This document shows positions 1 through 8,524 of a stretch of DNA of 29,781 bases, piece after piece. The number at the start of each line of letters is the position of its first letter. The stretch's first letter is position 1. A program made the position numbers and the translations under genes. The DNA comes from Gemmatimonadales bacterium (GTDB lineage: Bacteria > Gemmatimonadota > Gemmatimonadetes > Gemmatimonadales > GWC2-71-9), in the NCBI GenBank assembly GCA_041615815.1, contig JBFJCP010000041.1, forward strand, positions 1 through 29,781. Reading direction: 5' to 3'. Under the pieces are notes generated by a model, which saw only the letters and a program-made list of their open reading frames with translations, searched no databases and was not told the origin of the DNA.

Positions 1-1661
1 AGCGCCTTCCCCGCCACAGCCAGCACCGCCAGCACATGTTTCGCCGTATCACTGAGACCCTCATACTGCCGGGCGAAAGCGCGGCGCATCGTCTCAGGCG
101 GATTCCACTCGATGGCCCTGCCTCCCCCCTCGAGTTCGGCCCCGACGAGCGAACGCTCCCCGTCTCGCTCCCAGTCGGCCAACAACATCTCGAGGAGATA
201 CGGATTGCCGTCGGCCAGCTTGATGATGATGTTGCGCACTGATGCATCGATTACCCGGCGGCCGCTCCCACGGGCCGCAATCAACGCCATCGCCACATCC
301 GCCTGCAACGCACCGAGGGACACAACGTGGCGCCACGAGAGATCCGGTGCCGTCTCCTCGCCAAACTCGAGCCCCCGCTCGTGCTTCGAACGCAACGTCC
401 CCAGCAACATCACTCTGGTCGCCTCCAAACGCCGGAGCAACACATGAAGAATGTCGCGACTCGATGAGTCCAAATGTTGAATGTCGTCCAATACGAGTAG
501 CAAGCGGTCCCCATCCGCCAACACCGCGAGAATGCGGTCGAGGGACTCCGCCACACGGATCTTGACTGACTCCGGAGGTGTCTCGGGCGGATCGGGGATC
601 CCCGGGTATCGTGCCCGGAGGCCCGGTGTGACGCGACTGATCTCGGAAAGCCAGCGAGGATCGGCTCCGCTGATCGCAGGGTCGCGGGCCAAGAGGTAGA
701 TCAACTCCGAGACCGCCGCGAACGGGATGGCTCGCCCGATCTCCTGACAGGCAGTCACATACGTCGGCCAGCCACGAGCTGCAATGGACTCCGCAAAACG
801 TCGGACGAGGGTGCTCTTCCCGATGCCCGCAGGCCCGGTGACCAGACACGTGACGACGCCCGCCCGCTCGGTGCACGACCACAGTGCCTCGAGGCGGGCC
901 AACTCCGCGTCGCGACCGATCAGCAGGTCGGCGGCGGCCGCGGTCGAGATCCCCCATGATGGGCGTGCTGGCTCGTCCTCGAGGTTGCGCTCGATCCGTC
1001 GAAGCCGGCGACGGATCTCCGGCCCCGCCTCGCACCCCACCTCCCGACGGGTCCGGGCGCCGTGCTGCCGAAGAAACTGAATGGCCGCAACGCGGTCGCC
1101 GTCCAGCAGCATGCCCTCCGCGAGCGCGAGTGCGGCTCGATCGGACAAGGGGTCCACCCGATATAAGAGCGCCGCCCGCTCGCGCACGGCGCCAACCTCT
1201 CCTGAGTCCCTCGCCGCGCTGAGCGCGGTGGCCAAAGCGACACGTGCCTCCTTCAGGCAACGCTCTCTCGCCGCGTCCACCCAATGCGCGAATGCGGGTC
1301 CCGCACAAGTCTCCAGTCCCAACAGCGGTTGGTCCAGCGCGAGACCGGGCCCGTCCAGTACGTCCAAATCGGTGGTCAGTGACAACGATAGACGGATGCG
1401 CTCACGTCCCCGCGCGACGGCCGCACCGCCGAGCGCGCGCCGGATCACCGTCAATCCCTGCGACAACGAATGGCGGCCGGCCTCGCCCGACACATCGGGC
1501 CAAAGGAGATCGATCAGCCTCGCGCGAAGCACGCCACGCGCCCGGCCCTCAAGCGCGAGAATGACGAGCAGGGCGAGGTGTTTGCGGGTTCGAAGTCGCA
1601 CCACTCCCCGACCATTGTGGAGCTCCGGCGGGCCGAACAATCTGAGGTGAGGGTACTGCAT
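1..1661 (-). CDS. SARP/AfsR-like transcriptional regulator (winged-helix + BTAD + AAA/STAND ATPase), 3'-partial
   Basis: Absent from the ORF track because it runs off the window. My translation from ATG 1661 reads MQYPHLRLFGPPEL...RKHLALLVILAL...LIDLLWPD...GRHSLSQGLTVIRRALG, then a BTAD-like segment (VDPLSDRAALALA), Walker A GPAGIGKS and Walker B LLLVLDDIQ. The frame is open to base 1. Confidence 0.85.
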   Translation of the reverse strand, partial: MQYPHLRLFGPPELHNGRGVVRLRTRKHLALLVILALEGRARGVLRARLIDLLWPDVSGEAGRHSLSQGLTVIRRALGGAAVARGRERIRLSLSLTTDLDVLDGPGLALDQPLLGLETCAGPAFAHWVDAARERCLKEARVALATALSAARDSGEVGAVRERAALLYRVDPLSDRAALALAEGMLLDGDRVAAIQFLRQHGARTRREVGCEAGPEIRRRLRRIERNLEDEPARPSWGISTAAAADLLIGRDAELARLEALWSCTERAGVVTCLVTGPAGIGKSTLVRRFAESIAARGWPTYVTACQEIGRAIPFAAVSELIYLLARDPAISGADPRWLSEISRVTPGLRARYPGIPDPPETPPESVKIRVAESLDRILAVLADGDRLLLVLDDIQHLDSSSRDILHVLLRRLEATRVMLLGTLRSKHERGLEFGEETAPDLSWRHVVSLGALQADVAMALIAARGSGRRVIDASVRNIIIKLADGNPYLLEMLLADWERDGERSLVGAELEGGGRAIEWNPPETMRRAFARQYEGLSDTAKHVLAVLAVAGKA

Positions 1662-1984
1662 GAGCGCGACCTCTACGACTCCAAGAATACGACCCGGCTT
1701 CAACGGGGTCTCAACACCTTGGCGCATAAAGCGTTTGATGGCGTCGTGCGAGGCCCGCGGAGGGAAGTGGTCGTCTCGACGATCCTATCCCGGGGTTGAG
1801 GGGTCAGCAAGGCACGACCGGCCGGTGACCAGGGGGCGATCCGTCGTGGGCGTCGACCCAACGGCGCGGTGCGCCATGGGTGTCCCCCGGATCGCGAGTC
1901 GCAGAGAATAAGAGGTGGAGGCCCACCGGGCGGGCGACAACTCGTTCGAAGATACCCGCTCATCGCGACCAAACGGCATGAAAC

Positions 1985-2515
1985 TCACCCTCCGCGCACA
2001 GCGTCTACCGGCCCGATGGCGTGCCCCACCATCCGCTCGCCGTGAAAGAGGGCGCACCCCGAAAAGCGCTGCCCCGCCAGGAGGAGCGGCATCCAAATGC
2101 GGTCGTCTTCCCACATGTGATCGAACGGAATGGCATCGGTGCGCATCCACAAAGGGGTAGCTTCATCGGTCTCCACCGGTTCCCCGTCGCAGCCGGATGC
2201 CGTGAAGACGTGGCAGAGGATGGAGTGCCCGTCCGTAAACTGGAACCGTAAGACACCCGCCTCTTGGATACCGACCGGCGTCACGCGCAATTCCTCTCGC
2301 ACCTCGCGAACGGCCGCTGCCCGCGGTGACTCCCCATCGTCGATCCGACCACCGGGACCGTTCACCTTGCCGGCGCCGATCCCCCGCTTCTTGTGAATGA
2401 GGAGGATGTATCCGTTCTGGAGAACAAACAACAACGTTGCGCGCTCGCGGGGAGTCCAACGTTCCCAGTCGACATCGTCGAACCGACGATAGACCGATTC
2501 TCGGAAAAGCGTCAT
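1985..2515 (-). CDS. Nudix hydrolase, 8-oxo-dGTP diphosphatase (MutT/MTH1-like)
   Basis: Nudix box GGRIDDGESPRAAAVREVREELRV, plus MTH1-like KKRGIGAGKVNGPGG and IPFDHMWEDDRIW. Start placed at MTLFRES (2515), not at the ORF-track start 2773, which overlaps the divergent gene. Confidence 0.85.
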   Translation of the reverse strand: MTLFRESVYRRFDDVDWERWTPRERATLLFVLQNGYILLIHKKRGIGAGKVNGPGGRIDDGESPRAAAVREVREELRVTPVGIQEAGVLRFQFTDGHSILCHVFTASGCDGEPVETDEATPLWMRTDAIPFDHMWEDDRIWMPLLLAGQRFSGCALFHGERMVGHAIGPVDAVRGG

Positions 2516-2637
2516 CAAGCCATTGTTGGGCGAGGGGTACAGAGGGTGTAGAAGTATAGGACCGACGACCTGAGGATGCGAGGCTGCCAAGGGTAGCGCA
2601 TATTCACCATGTCCACCTGGCGAGTCTGGCCATCTCC

Positions 2638-3201
2638 ATGCGTAAGGAATACGGTCGAGCACTTCGAACGATCTTCGAAAGCGAGCTACGACTACGCCTG
2701 CCGCAATTCGAGCCCGTCCACTTGACCTCGGCGTTTCTGTGGCCGGGCGAGCGGGCGTTCCGCTGGACCCCAATGGATGGGCATGCGTGTTGGATCCTGC
2801 TGCTTCCCGACAAGAAAGGGCGCGAGGCCTTCACCATTGAGGTCGGTTGGTCTACACTGGGGCGGTTCCCCGAACTCAGCGTGCGTCCATCTCCCGAGGG
2901 GCCCCATCCCGCCCGCGAGGAGTTTGGTCGCGACGAATACGTTTGTCGCCTCGGCAATACGCAGTTTGGTCGGGATTACTGGTGGGAAATCGAACGCCTT
3001 CAGGCCCCGACCGATCCCGCCGAGGCCCTCCGAACGCTGGAACGCCAAACCAGACGCGTTTCCGCCGAGGAAGCGAGCACCCGCATCGCTCCGCTGGTGG
3101 ACGACGCCCTGAGCGCCTTTGAGCAGCACGGGCTCCCCTACCTCGCGGAGTGGGTCGCCTTTCGCCTTGGTCGGTCTGATCGACAACATTGCACCGGATA
3201 A
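2638..3201 (+). CDS. Hypothetical protein (possibly DUF4304-like)
   Basis: 187-aa ORF with globular, aromatic-rich composition (FTIEVGWS, VCRLG, DYWW, GLPYLAEW) filling the gap before the S9 gene. The family resemblance is by eye only. Confidence 0.65.
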   Translation: MRKEYGRALRTIFESELRLRLPQFEPVHLTSAFLWPGERAFRWTPMDGHACWILLLPDKKGREAFTIEVGWSTLGRFPELSVRPSPEGPHPAREEFGRDEYVCRLGNTQFGRDYWWEIERLQAPTDPAEALRTLERQTRRVSAEEASTRIAPLVDDALSAFEQHGLPYLAEWVAFRLGRSDRQHCTG

Positions 3202-3215
3202 AACTCGGAGTCACC

Positions 3216-5276
3216 ATGCAAATCACCCACTGCTTGACGGTCATTGCCAGCGTCCTCGTCCAGCCACTAGCCGCGCAAGGGGTGCCAGAGGGACGTCTCG
3301 GCCTTCGCGACGTTTTCGACCTGGAGCTCGCGGTCGACCCCCAGATCGCTCCGGATGCCAGTCGCGTGGTCTACGTGCGGACTGGATTCGACATCATGAT
3401 GGACCGTAGACGATCGCAATTGTGGATCGTGGATGTAGACGGCCGAAACCACCGAGCCTTGACAGGAGGCGAGGACAATGTCTCAGCACCCCGCTGGTCG
3501 CCGGATGGAGGCCGTCTCGCGTACGTCCGCCAGCGGGAGGGTTCCAGCGAGCTGTGGCTGCGGTGGATGGATACGGGCCAAGATGCGAGAATCGCCATGC
3601 TGACCCATCCACCGGGCGGGATTTCTTGGTCGCCGGATGGCCGATGGCTGGCGTTCACCATGTTCGTCCCGCACCAGAGCCCGAGCGCCTTTGCGCGCCT
3701 TCCGGACCCCCCCGAAGGAGCGGATTGGGGACCGCCCATCAGAGTTGTGGACAAGCTGGAGTACCGGGCGGACGGGGATGGCTACCTCGAAGACGGGTAC
3801 CGCCACGTGTTCGTGCTACCGGCGGAAGGGGGTACTCCGCGGCAGCTCACGCGGGGCAGCTACCACCATCAAGGGACCCCGGTATGGACACCGGATGGTC
3901 GATTTCTCTTGGTAACGGCGAACCGTCACGACGACTGGGAATTCGATCCACGCAACAGCGAGATCTACGAAGTGGCCCTCTCGGATGGTGGCATTCGGGC
4001 GCTCACGACCCGCCAAGGGCCCGACCACTCGCCCCGGGTGGCACCGGACGGCCAATCCGTCGCCTTTCTCGGATTCGACGACCGGTACCAGGGGTATCAG
4101 GTCACGCGGTTGTACGTCATGCCGCGGAATGGCGGTGAGGCGCGTGCGATCACCGCGGGTTTCGATCGAGACATCGAACACCCGGTCTGGCGAGCGGACG
4201 GGCGTGGGCTGGTCGTGCAATACGACGAACACGGAAACACGAAGGTTGCCAACGTCTCCCTCGACGGCGCGATGACGGTGCTTGCGGCGGACGTCGGCGG
4301 ACTCTCCCTGGGACGCCCCTATGCCGGTGGCGAGTTCAGCATAGCCCGCGACGGGACGGTCGCCTTCACGCTCTCCAAGCCCGATCATCCGGCGGAGCTC
4401 GCGGTCGTGCGTCGCGGACGTGAGGTTCGCCGCCTCACGCACCTCAACGAAGACCTTCTGGGCCACAAGGAGCTCGGAGCGGTCGAGGAGATCTGGTACG
4501 AGTCATCCTTCGACGGACGCCGGATTCAGGGATGGATCGTCAAGCCCCCGGCGTTTGATCCCACTCGCAAATATCCGCTGATTCTGGAGATCCACGGGGG
4601 ACCCTTTGCCAACTATGGTGATCGGTTTTCAGCGGAGATGCAGCTCTATGCCGCGGCTGATTATGTCGTGCTGTACACCAATCCACGCGGCAGTACCAGT
4701 TATGGTGAAGAATTCGGGAATCTCATCCATCACGCATACCCGAGTCAGGACTACGACGATCTGATGTCCGGCGTGGAGAGCGTCGTTGCTCGGGGTTACG
4801 TGGACGAGTCGAATCTGTTCGTGACGGGCGGCAGCGGTGGTGGTGTCTTGAGCGCATGGATCGTCGGGCATACAGATCGGTTCCGCGCCGCGGCGGTACA
4901 GAAGCCCGTGATCAACTGGTACAGTTTCGTCCTCACGGCAGACAATCCGGCCTTCTTCTATCGCTACTGGTTTCCGGGCTTCCCTTGGGACCACCTCGAG
5001 CACTACATGCAACGGTCGCCGCTTGCCTATGTCGGAAACGTGACGACTCCCACCATGCTCATCACCGGCGAGGAAGACTATCGAACGCCGATGTCGGAAA
5101 CGGAGCAATTCTATCAGGCTTTGCGGTTGCGCCAGATCCCGACGGCGATGGTGCGTATCCCGGATGCCTCCCACGGCATCGCCAGCCGCCCGAGCAATCT
5201 CATGGCGAAGGTGGCGTACATCCTCGGCTGGTTCGAACGGTATCGGGTGCACGAACCGGCGGTGGGAGGAGAATAA
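3216..5276 (+). CDS. Exported S9 family (prolyl oligopeptidase clan, S9C-like) peptidase with PD40 beta-propeller
   Basis: GGAG RBS before ATG 3216; signal peptide ending LAA|Q; WSPDG repeats; IHGGP; nucleophile GGSGGG; Asp in EDYRTP; His in ASHGI. Confidence 0.93.
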   Translation: MQITHCLTVIASVLVQPLAAQGVPEGRLGLRDVFDLELAVDPQIAPDASRVVYVRTGFDIMMDRRRSQLWIVDVDGRNHRALTGGEDNVSAPRWSPDGGRLAYVRQREGSSELWLRWMDTGQDARIAMLTHPPGGISWSPDGRWLAFTMFVPHQSPSAFARLPDPPEGADWGPPIRVVDKLEYRADGDGYLEDGYRHVFVLPAEGGTPRQLTRGSYHHQGTPVWTPDGRFLLVTANRHDDWEFDPRNSEIYEVALSDGGIRALTTRQGPDHSPRVAPDGQSVAFLGFDDRYQGYQVTRLYVMPRNGGEARAITAGFDRDIEHPVWRADGRGLVVQYDEHGNTKVANVSLDGAMTVLAADVGGLSLGRPYAGGEFSIARDGTVAFTLSKPDHPAELAVVRRGREVRRLTHLNEDLLGHKELGAVEEIWYESSFDGRRIQGWIVKPPAFDPTRKYPLILEIHGGPFANYGDRFSAEMQLYAAADYVVLYTNPRGSTSYGEEFGNLIHHAYPSQDYDDLMSGVESVVARGYVDESNLFVTGGSGGGVLSAWIVGHTDRFRAAAVQKPVINWYSFVLTADNPAFFYRYWFPGFPWDHLEHYMQRSPLAYVGNVTTPTMLITGEEDYRTPMSETEQFYQALRLRQIPTAMVRIPDASHGIASRPSNLMAKVAYILGWFERYRVHEPAVGGE

Positions 5277-5279
5277 GGG

Positions 5280-5762
5280 ATGGGGGAGCGGGAAGCGCTC
5301 GAGCGGAACCTGTATGGGGCGGACAGCCACGTGCACGCTGTGCACGCGCTCGAGGGACTCACCGCGCGAGACGTGGGAGCGCGTCCGGCCGGCCTGACCC
5401 ACTCGATCTATCAGTTACTCCAACACATGATCTACTGGCAAGACATCGGGATCGCCCGTGTCCGGGGCGCCCCTTCCACCATGCCGTCTAGCTCTGCCGA
5501 AGGTTGGACGGCAGCGCCGGCGCCTGCGTCACAAGCGGTGTGGGACGAGGGCGTCCGGTCGTTTGCCGACGGGCTCGAGCAGCTGGAAGGATTGCTGCCC
5601 TCGGTCGACCTGGATCGAGTGGTGGAACCCGACCGCCAACGAACGGCCCGGCAGAACGTGCTCATGGTGATGGGACACAATAGTTATCACCTGGGTCAGA
5701 TCGTGCAGATTCGCCAGCTGCTGGGAAAGTGGCCACCTCCCAAGGGCGGCGATAGCTGGTGA
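5280..5762 (+). CDS. DinB/YfiT family protein
   Basis: HSIYQLLQHM and GHNSYHLGQI histidine motifs; starts 3 bp after the S9 stop. Confidence 0.85.
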   Translation: MGEREALERNLYGADSHVHAVHALEGLTARDVGARPAGLTHSIYQLLQHMIYWQDIGIARVRGAPSTMPSSSAEGWTAAPAPASQAVWDEGVRSFADGLEQLEGLLPSVDLDRVVEPDRQRTARQNVLMVMGHNSYHLGQIVQIRQLLGKWPPPKGGDSW

Positions 5763-5814
5763 ACGAGCGGTGAGACGTGAGGAGGCAGGAGGGACACTCT
5801 TGTCTCCTCGCGCT

Positions 5815-7266
5815 TCAGCGCTGTTCCGCCATCCCCGCATACGCCACCGCAAACACCAAACCGTGTTTCACACCGGCCCAGAGGGCGACGATCTCGGCGC
5901 TTTCTGTGACATCGTGGGTCGCCGTCTTGCGCCGTACCCGTGAGATGAGATCGCCACCGCCCCGCTCAACCCGCCCCCCTCCAAAGTCTCGCACGTTTCC
6001 CCGGAGTGACATGGCTGGCATACCCGTGGCATAGGCTCGCACACAGTCTCCGCACCCGGTGCTGGGATCGATGACTGGGGTCCCGCCGTAGAGCAGCTCG
6101 GCCACGGCGGCGGCCATGCGTGCAGGCGCGTTGTCGCTCGGGTCCCAGCCCTCGATGCCGCGTTCCGTCCCGTTCTTGCTATTGATCTCGTACACGTAGG
6201 AGAACTCCGATCCCATCGTCGAGGTGACCTCGCGTGCAAGGTCACGAATCTTCTGGTGTGCGTCCCAGAGACGAGCCTCGCTCGCGGATCGCATGTCGAA
6301 GCGGACCCACGCCTCCGATGCTGGACGACTGGTGATCTCGCTGGCGCCGATCTTGGCCATGTTCAGAAACAAGACCGCCTCAGGGAGGGGGTCGCCACCC
6401 TCGCGTTGAAACGGGATCGGCGTGGACCGTGGGTCTCGTACTTCGGGCCCAATGCGGGAGAGAATCCGCCCCAACGCATCCACCGCATGCGGTCCCCAAC
6501 GATCGCGATCGAACGGAGCGAAGATCCGGAGCTGCGTGCGATGCCGCACCGGAACGCTCCCGGTGGTGACCCCTTGGCCCCCCCGGCCGTGAAACTGCAA
6601 CAGGATATCCCCGTCTCTCCAATTGATATTGTGCGGCACATTGGCGCGTACGAACTGCTCGGCGCCCGGACTGGCGTCGGGGTGGCTCGCGCCGATGGGT
6701 GCTTCCTCACCCGTCAGGCCGACGAACCAAACATCGCCACGCGTTCGAATCCCAGCCGCATTGAGCGCACGGAGGGCCGTGAGCATCTGAACGGTTCCGG
6801 CGAGATCGTCGAACGCGGCGGGACACCACACCCGTCCGTCTGCCACGAAGGCTTCCACCGGCTGATCGACTGGCGACAAAGCCACGTTGTCGTGGTGCGC
6901 GTTGAGCACGACTGTCGGCCCATTCCCCACACCGCGCCGCACGCCGATCACATTGAAGGCGTCGTCGATATGCACGTTGTCGAGACCGTAGATCCGGAAG
7001 AGCTTGTACAGCAGGCGGGAACGACGGCCTTCGTTCCCGGAGGGCGCTGACGCGTTACAGATACTCAGCCACTCCTGGACGCTCTCCGAATCCGCCCCCT
7101 CGACGTAGCGCAAGGCCTCCTGCATCTGCGGCGAGGCGAGGGTGCGTCTCGCCACCGCGCGCTCCCTGTCGAGGTCCGGCAGCTGAGCTCGAGGTGCCGT
7201 GCTGGGAATGGTCACGGCCGCGATGGAGAGCAGTATGGCCAAAGGCGTTGAATGAAGACAGGACAT
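5815..7266 (-). CDS. Exported M20/M25/M40 (or M28) family metallopeptidase
   Basis: Signal peptide ending PRA|Q; metal motifs LNAHHDNV, AFDDLAG, TGEE; C-terminal His in HDVTES; dimerization-domain FDMRS. Confidence 0.85.
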   Translation of the reverse strand: MSCLHSTPLAILLSIAAVTIPSTAPRAQLPDLDRERAVARRTLASPQMQEALRYVEGADSESVQEWLSICNASAPSGNEGRRSRLLYKLFRIYGLDNVHIDDAFNVIGVRRGVGNGPTVVLNAHHDNVALSPVDQPVEAFVADGRVWCPAAFDDLAGTVQMLTALRALNAAGIRTRGDVWFVGLTGEEAPIGASHPDASPGAEQFVRANVPHNINWRDGDILLQFHGRGGQGVTTGSVPVRHRTQLRIFAPFDRDRWGPHAVDALGRILSRIGPEVRDPRSTPIPFQREGGDPLPEAVLFLNMAKIGASEITSRPASEAWVRFDMRSASEARLWDAHQKIRDLAREVTSTMGSEFSYVYEINSKNGTERGIEGWDPSDNAPARMAAAVAELLYGGTPVIDPSTGCGDCVRAYATGMPAMSLRGNVRDFGGGRVERGGGDLISRVRRKTATHDVTESAEIVALWAGVKHGLVFAVAYAGMAEQR

Positions 7267-7527
7267 GAGACACCTCGCTTGCGGCCGGGGAACGTTGGTT
7301 GCGCATGTCGATATGAGGGCCCAGCTAATGTAGAGGGCGCCGGCCCGCTGAGTAACGACCGCTTCTGAGAAACCGAAGCTGCTTGGAGGGAACCACCGGC
7401 CGCCAGTTGGATCAGACGAACGCCCACGCTCCTTCCATCGCTAACACATCCCTAACCTCTCGCTGATCGAAAGCGCACCTTTCCCGGCGCTCCAGAGGTA
7501 CTTTTTGCCGAGAAAGGAGATCTACCG

Positions 7528-8337
7528 ATGTCACCGCTTCGTTCGTGCTGCCGCATCGCCGCCGTCTTGCTGGGGCTCGCGGTCACCGGTCAGGCCGCCG
7601 CAAACCCCGTTGCCGCCCAATTCCCCCCGGATTCCCTGGAGAACCTGAAGGTCTTCTCCCAGGATATGAACCCGCGCGAACTGATCGGGATCATGCGTAC
7701 GTTCGCCCTTGGACTCGGCGTCCGATGCCAGTTTTGTCATGTCGGGGAGGAAGGTCAGCCGCTCGAGGAATTCGATTTCCCATCTGACGAGAAGGTGACC
7801 AAGCGAAAAGCGCGCGAAATGATCAAGATGGTGCGCGCCATCAACGAGCAACACCTCGCGGACCTCGAGGAACGCTCCGACCCGCCCGTGATCGTGAGTT
7901 GTGAGACCTGCCACCATGGCGTTTCCGAGCCGCGGCGAATCCAGGATATTCTCGTCGATACGTACCGTCAGGACGGGGGCGATGTGGCGGTCACGAAGTA
8001 CCGCGCGCTCCGGGAAGAGTACTACGGGAGTGGTGCCTATGACTTTGGAGAGTTCATGCTCGCCGGCCTCGCCGATGGACTGATTCGTGGTGCCGTCCGC
8101 GGGGCCGGCCCTGGTGACGATGTCGCGGGTCACCCGGACATCTTGGCGGCGATCGACCTTCTTCGGCTCAACCTCGAGTTCTATCCCGAATCGGTCTTCT
8201 CACACTTTGGCCTCGGCGAAGCGTATCGAGCCCAAGGGGACACAGCGAACGCCAAGGCTCACTATGAGCATGTACTGGAGCTGGATCCCGATAATCGCGG
8301 GGCCAAGATACGACTCCAGCAGCTCGGCCAGCCCTGA
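7528..8337 (+). CDS. Exported diheme c-type cytochrome (PufC-like repeat domain) with C-terminal TPR
   Basis: AAGGAG RBS; signal peptide; NLKV...M...LGVRCQFCH and AREMIKMVRAIN...SCETCHHG; TPR-like HFGLGEAYRAQGDTANAKAHYEHVLELDPDN. Confidence 0.82.
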   Translation: MSPLRSCCRIAAVLLGLAVTGQAAANPVAAQFPPDSLENLKVFSQDMNPRELIGIMRTFALGLGVRCQFCHVGEEGQPLEEFDFPSDEKVTKRKAREMIKMVRAINEQHLADLEERSDPPVIVSCETCHHGVSEPRRIQDILVDTYRQDGGDVAVTKYRALREEYYGSGAYDFGEFMLAGLADGLIRGAVRGAGPGDDVAGHPDILAAIDLLRLNLEFYPESVFSHFGLGEAYRAQGDTANAKAHYEHVLELDPDNRGAKIRLQQLGQP

Positions 8338-8348
8338 GGTGCCCGGAA

Positions 8349-8396
8349 GGGACGCACGCACGAGGTCCGCCTCACGACGGACCTCGTGTGCGTTCC
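8349..8396 (+). terminator. Strong hairpin after the cytochrome gene (terminator or 3' stabilizer)
   Basis: gcacgaggtccg pairs with cggacctcgtgt and is extended by gacgcac/gtgcgtt. No clear U-tract. Confidence 0.5.
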
Positions 8397-8524
8397 GGCC
8401 CACGTAGACGGTCGTGCAGGATGGCCTCAGACCGCTCCGCGAGCTAAGTTAATTTCGCTCGCCATCTGGCCTGCATGTTCAACAAAGCAACATAGCACCA
8501 CCCGCCGACTCCTTCGGAGTAACC

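Noticed and set aside
94..1650. ORF-track entries 94..1308(-), 1081..1650(+) and neighbours
   Set aside because: They are shadow frames of the real minus-strand SARP-AAA gene (1661 to the window edge), with Arg/Ser/Pro-rich non-protein-like composition.
1785..1877. 30-aa minus-strand ORF (MAHRAVGST...) upstream of the SARP gene
   Set aside because: It has a GGGGGA SD-like element but no other support.
7528..8337. Evidence of phototrophy (pufC)
   Set aside because: Only two hemes, a TPR fusion, and no puf or bch genes in the window.
8467..8495. Possible sigma54 promoter or ATGTT-N9-AACAT palindrome before the amidohydrolases
   Set aside because: The -12 element reads TTCA rather than TTGC, and the palindrome is too short to support.
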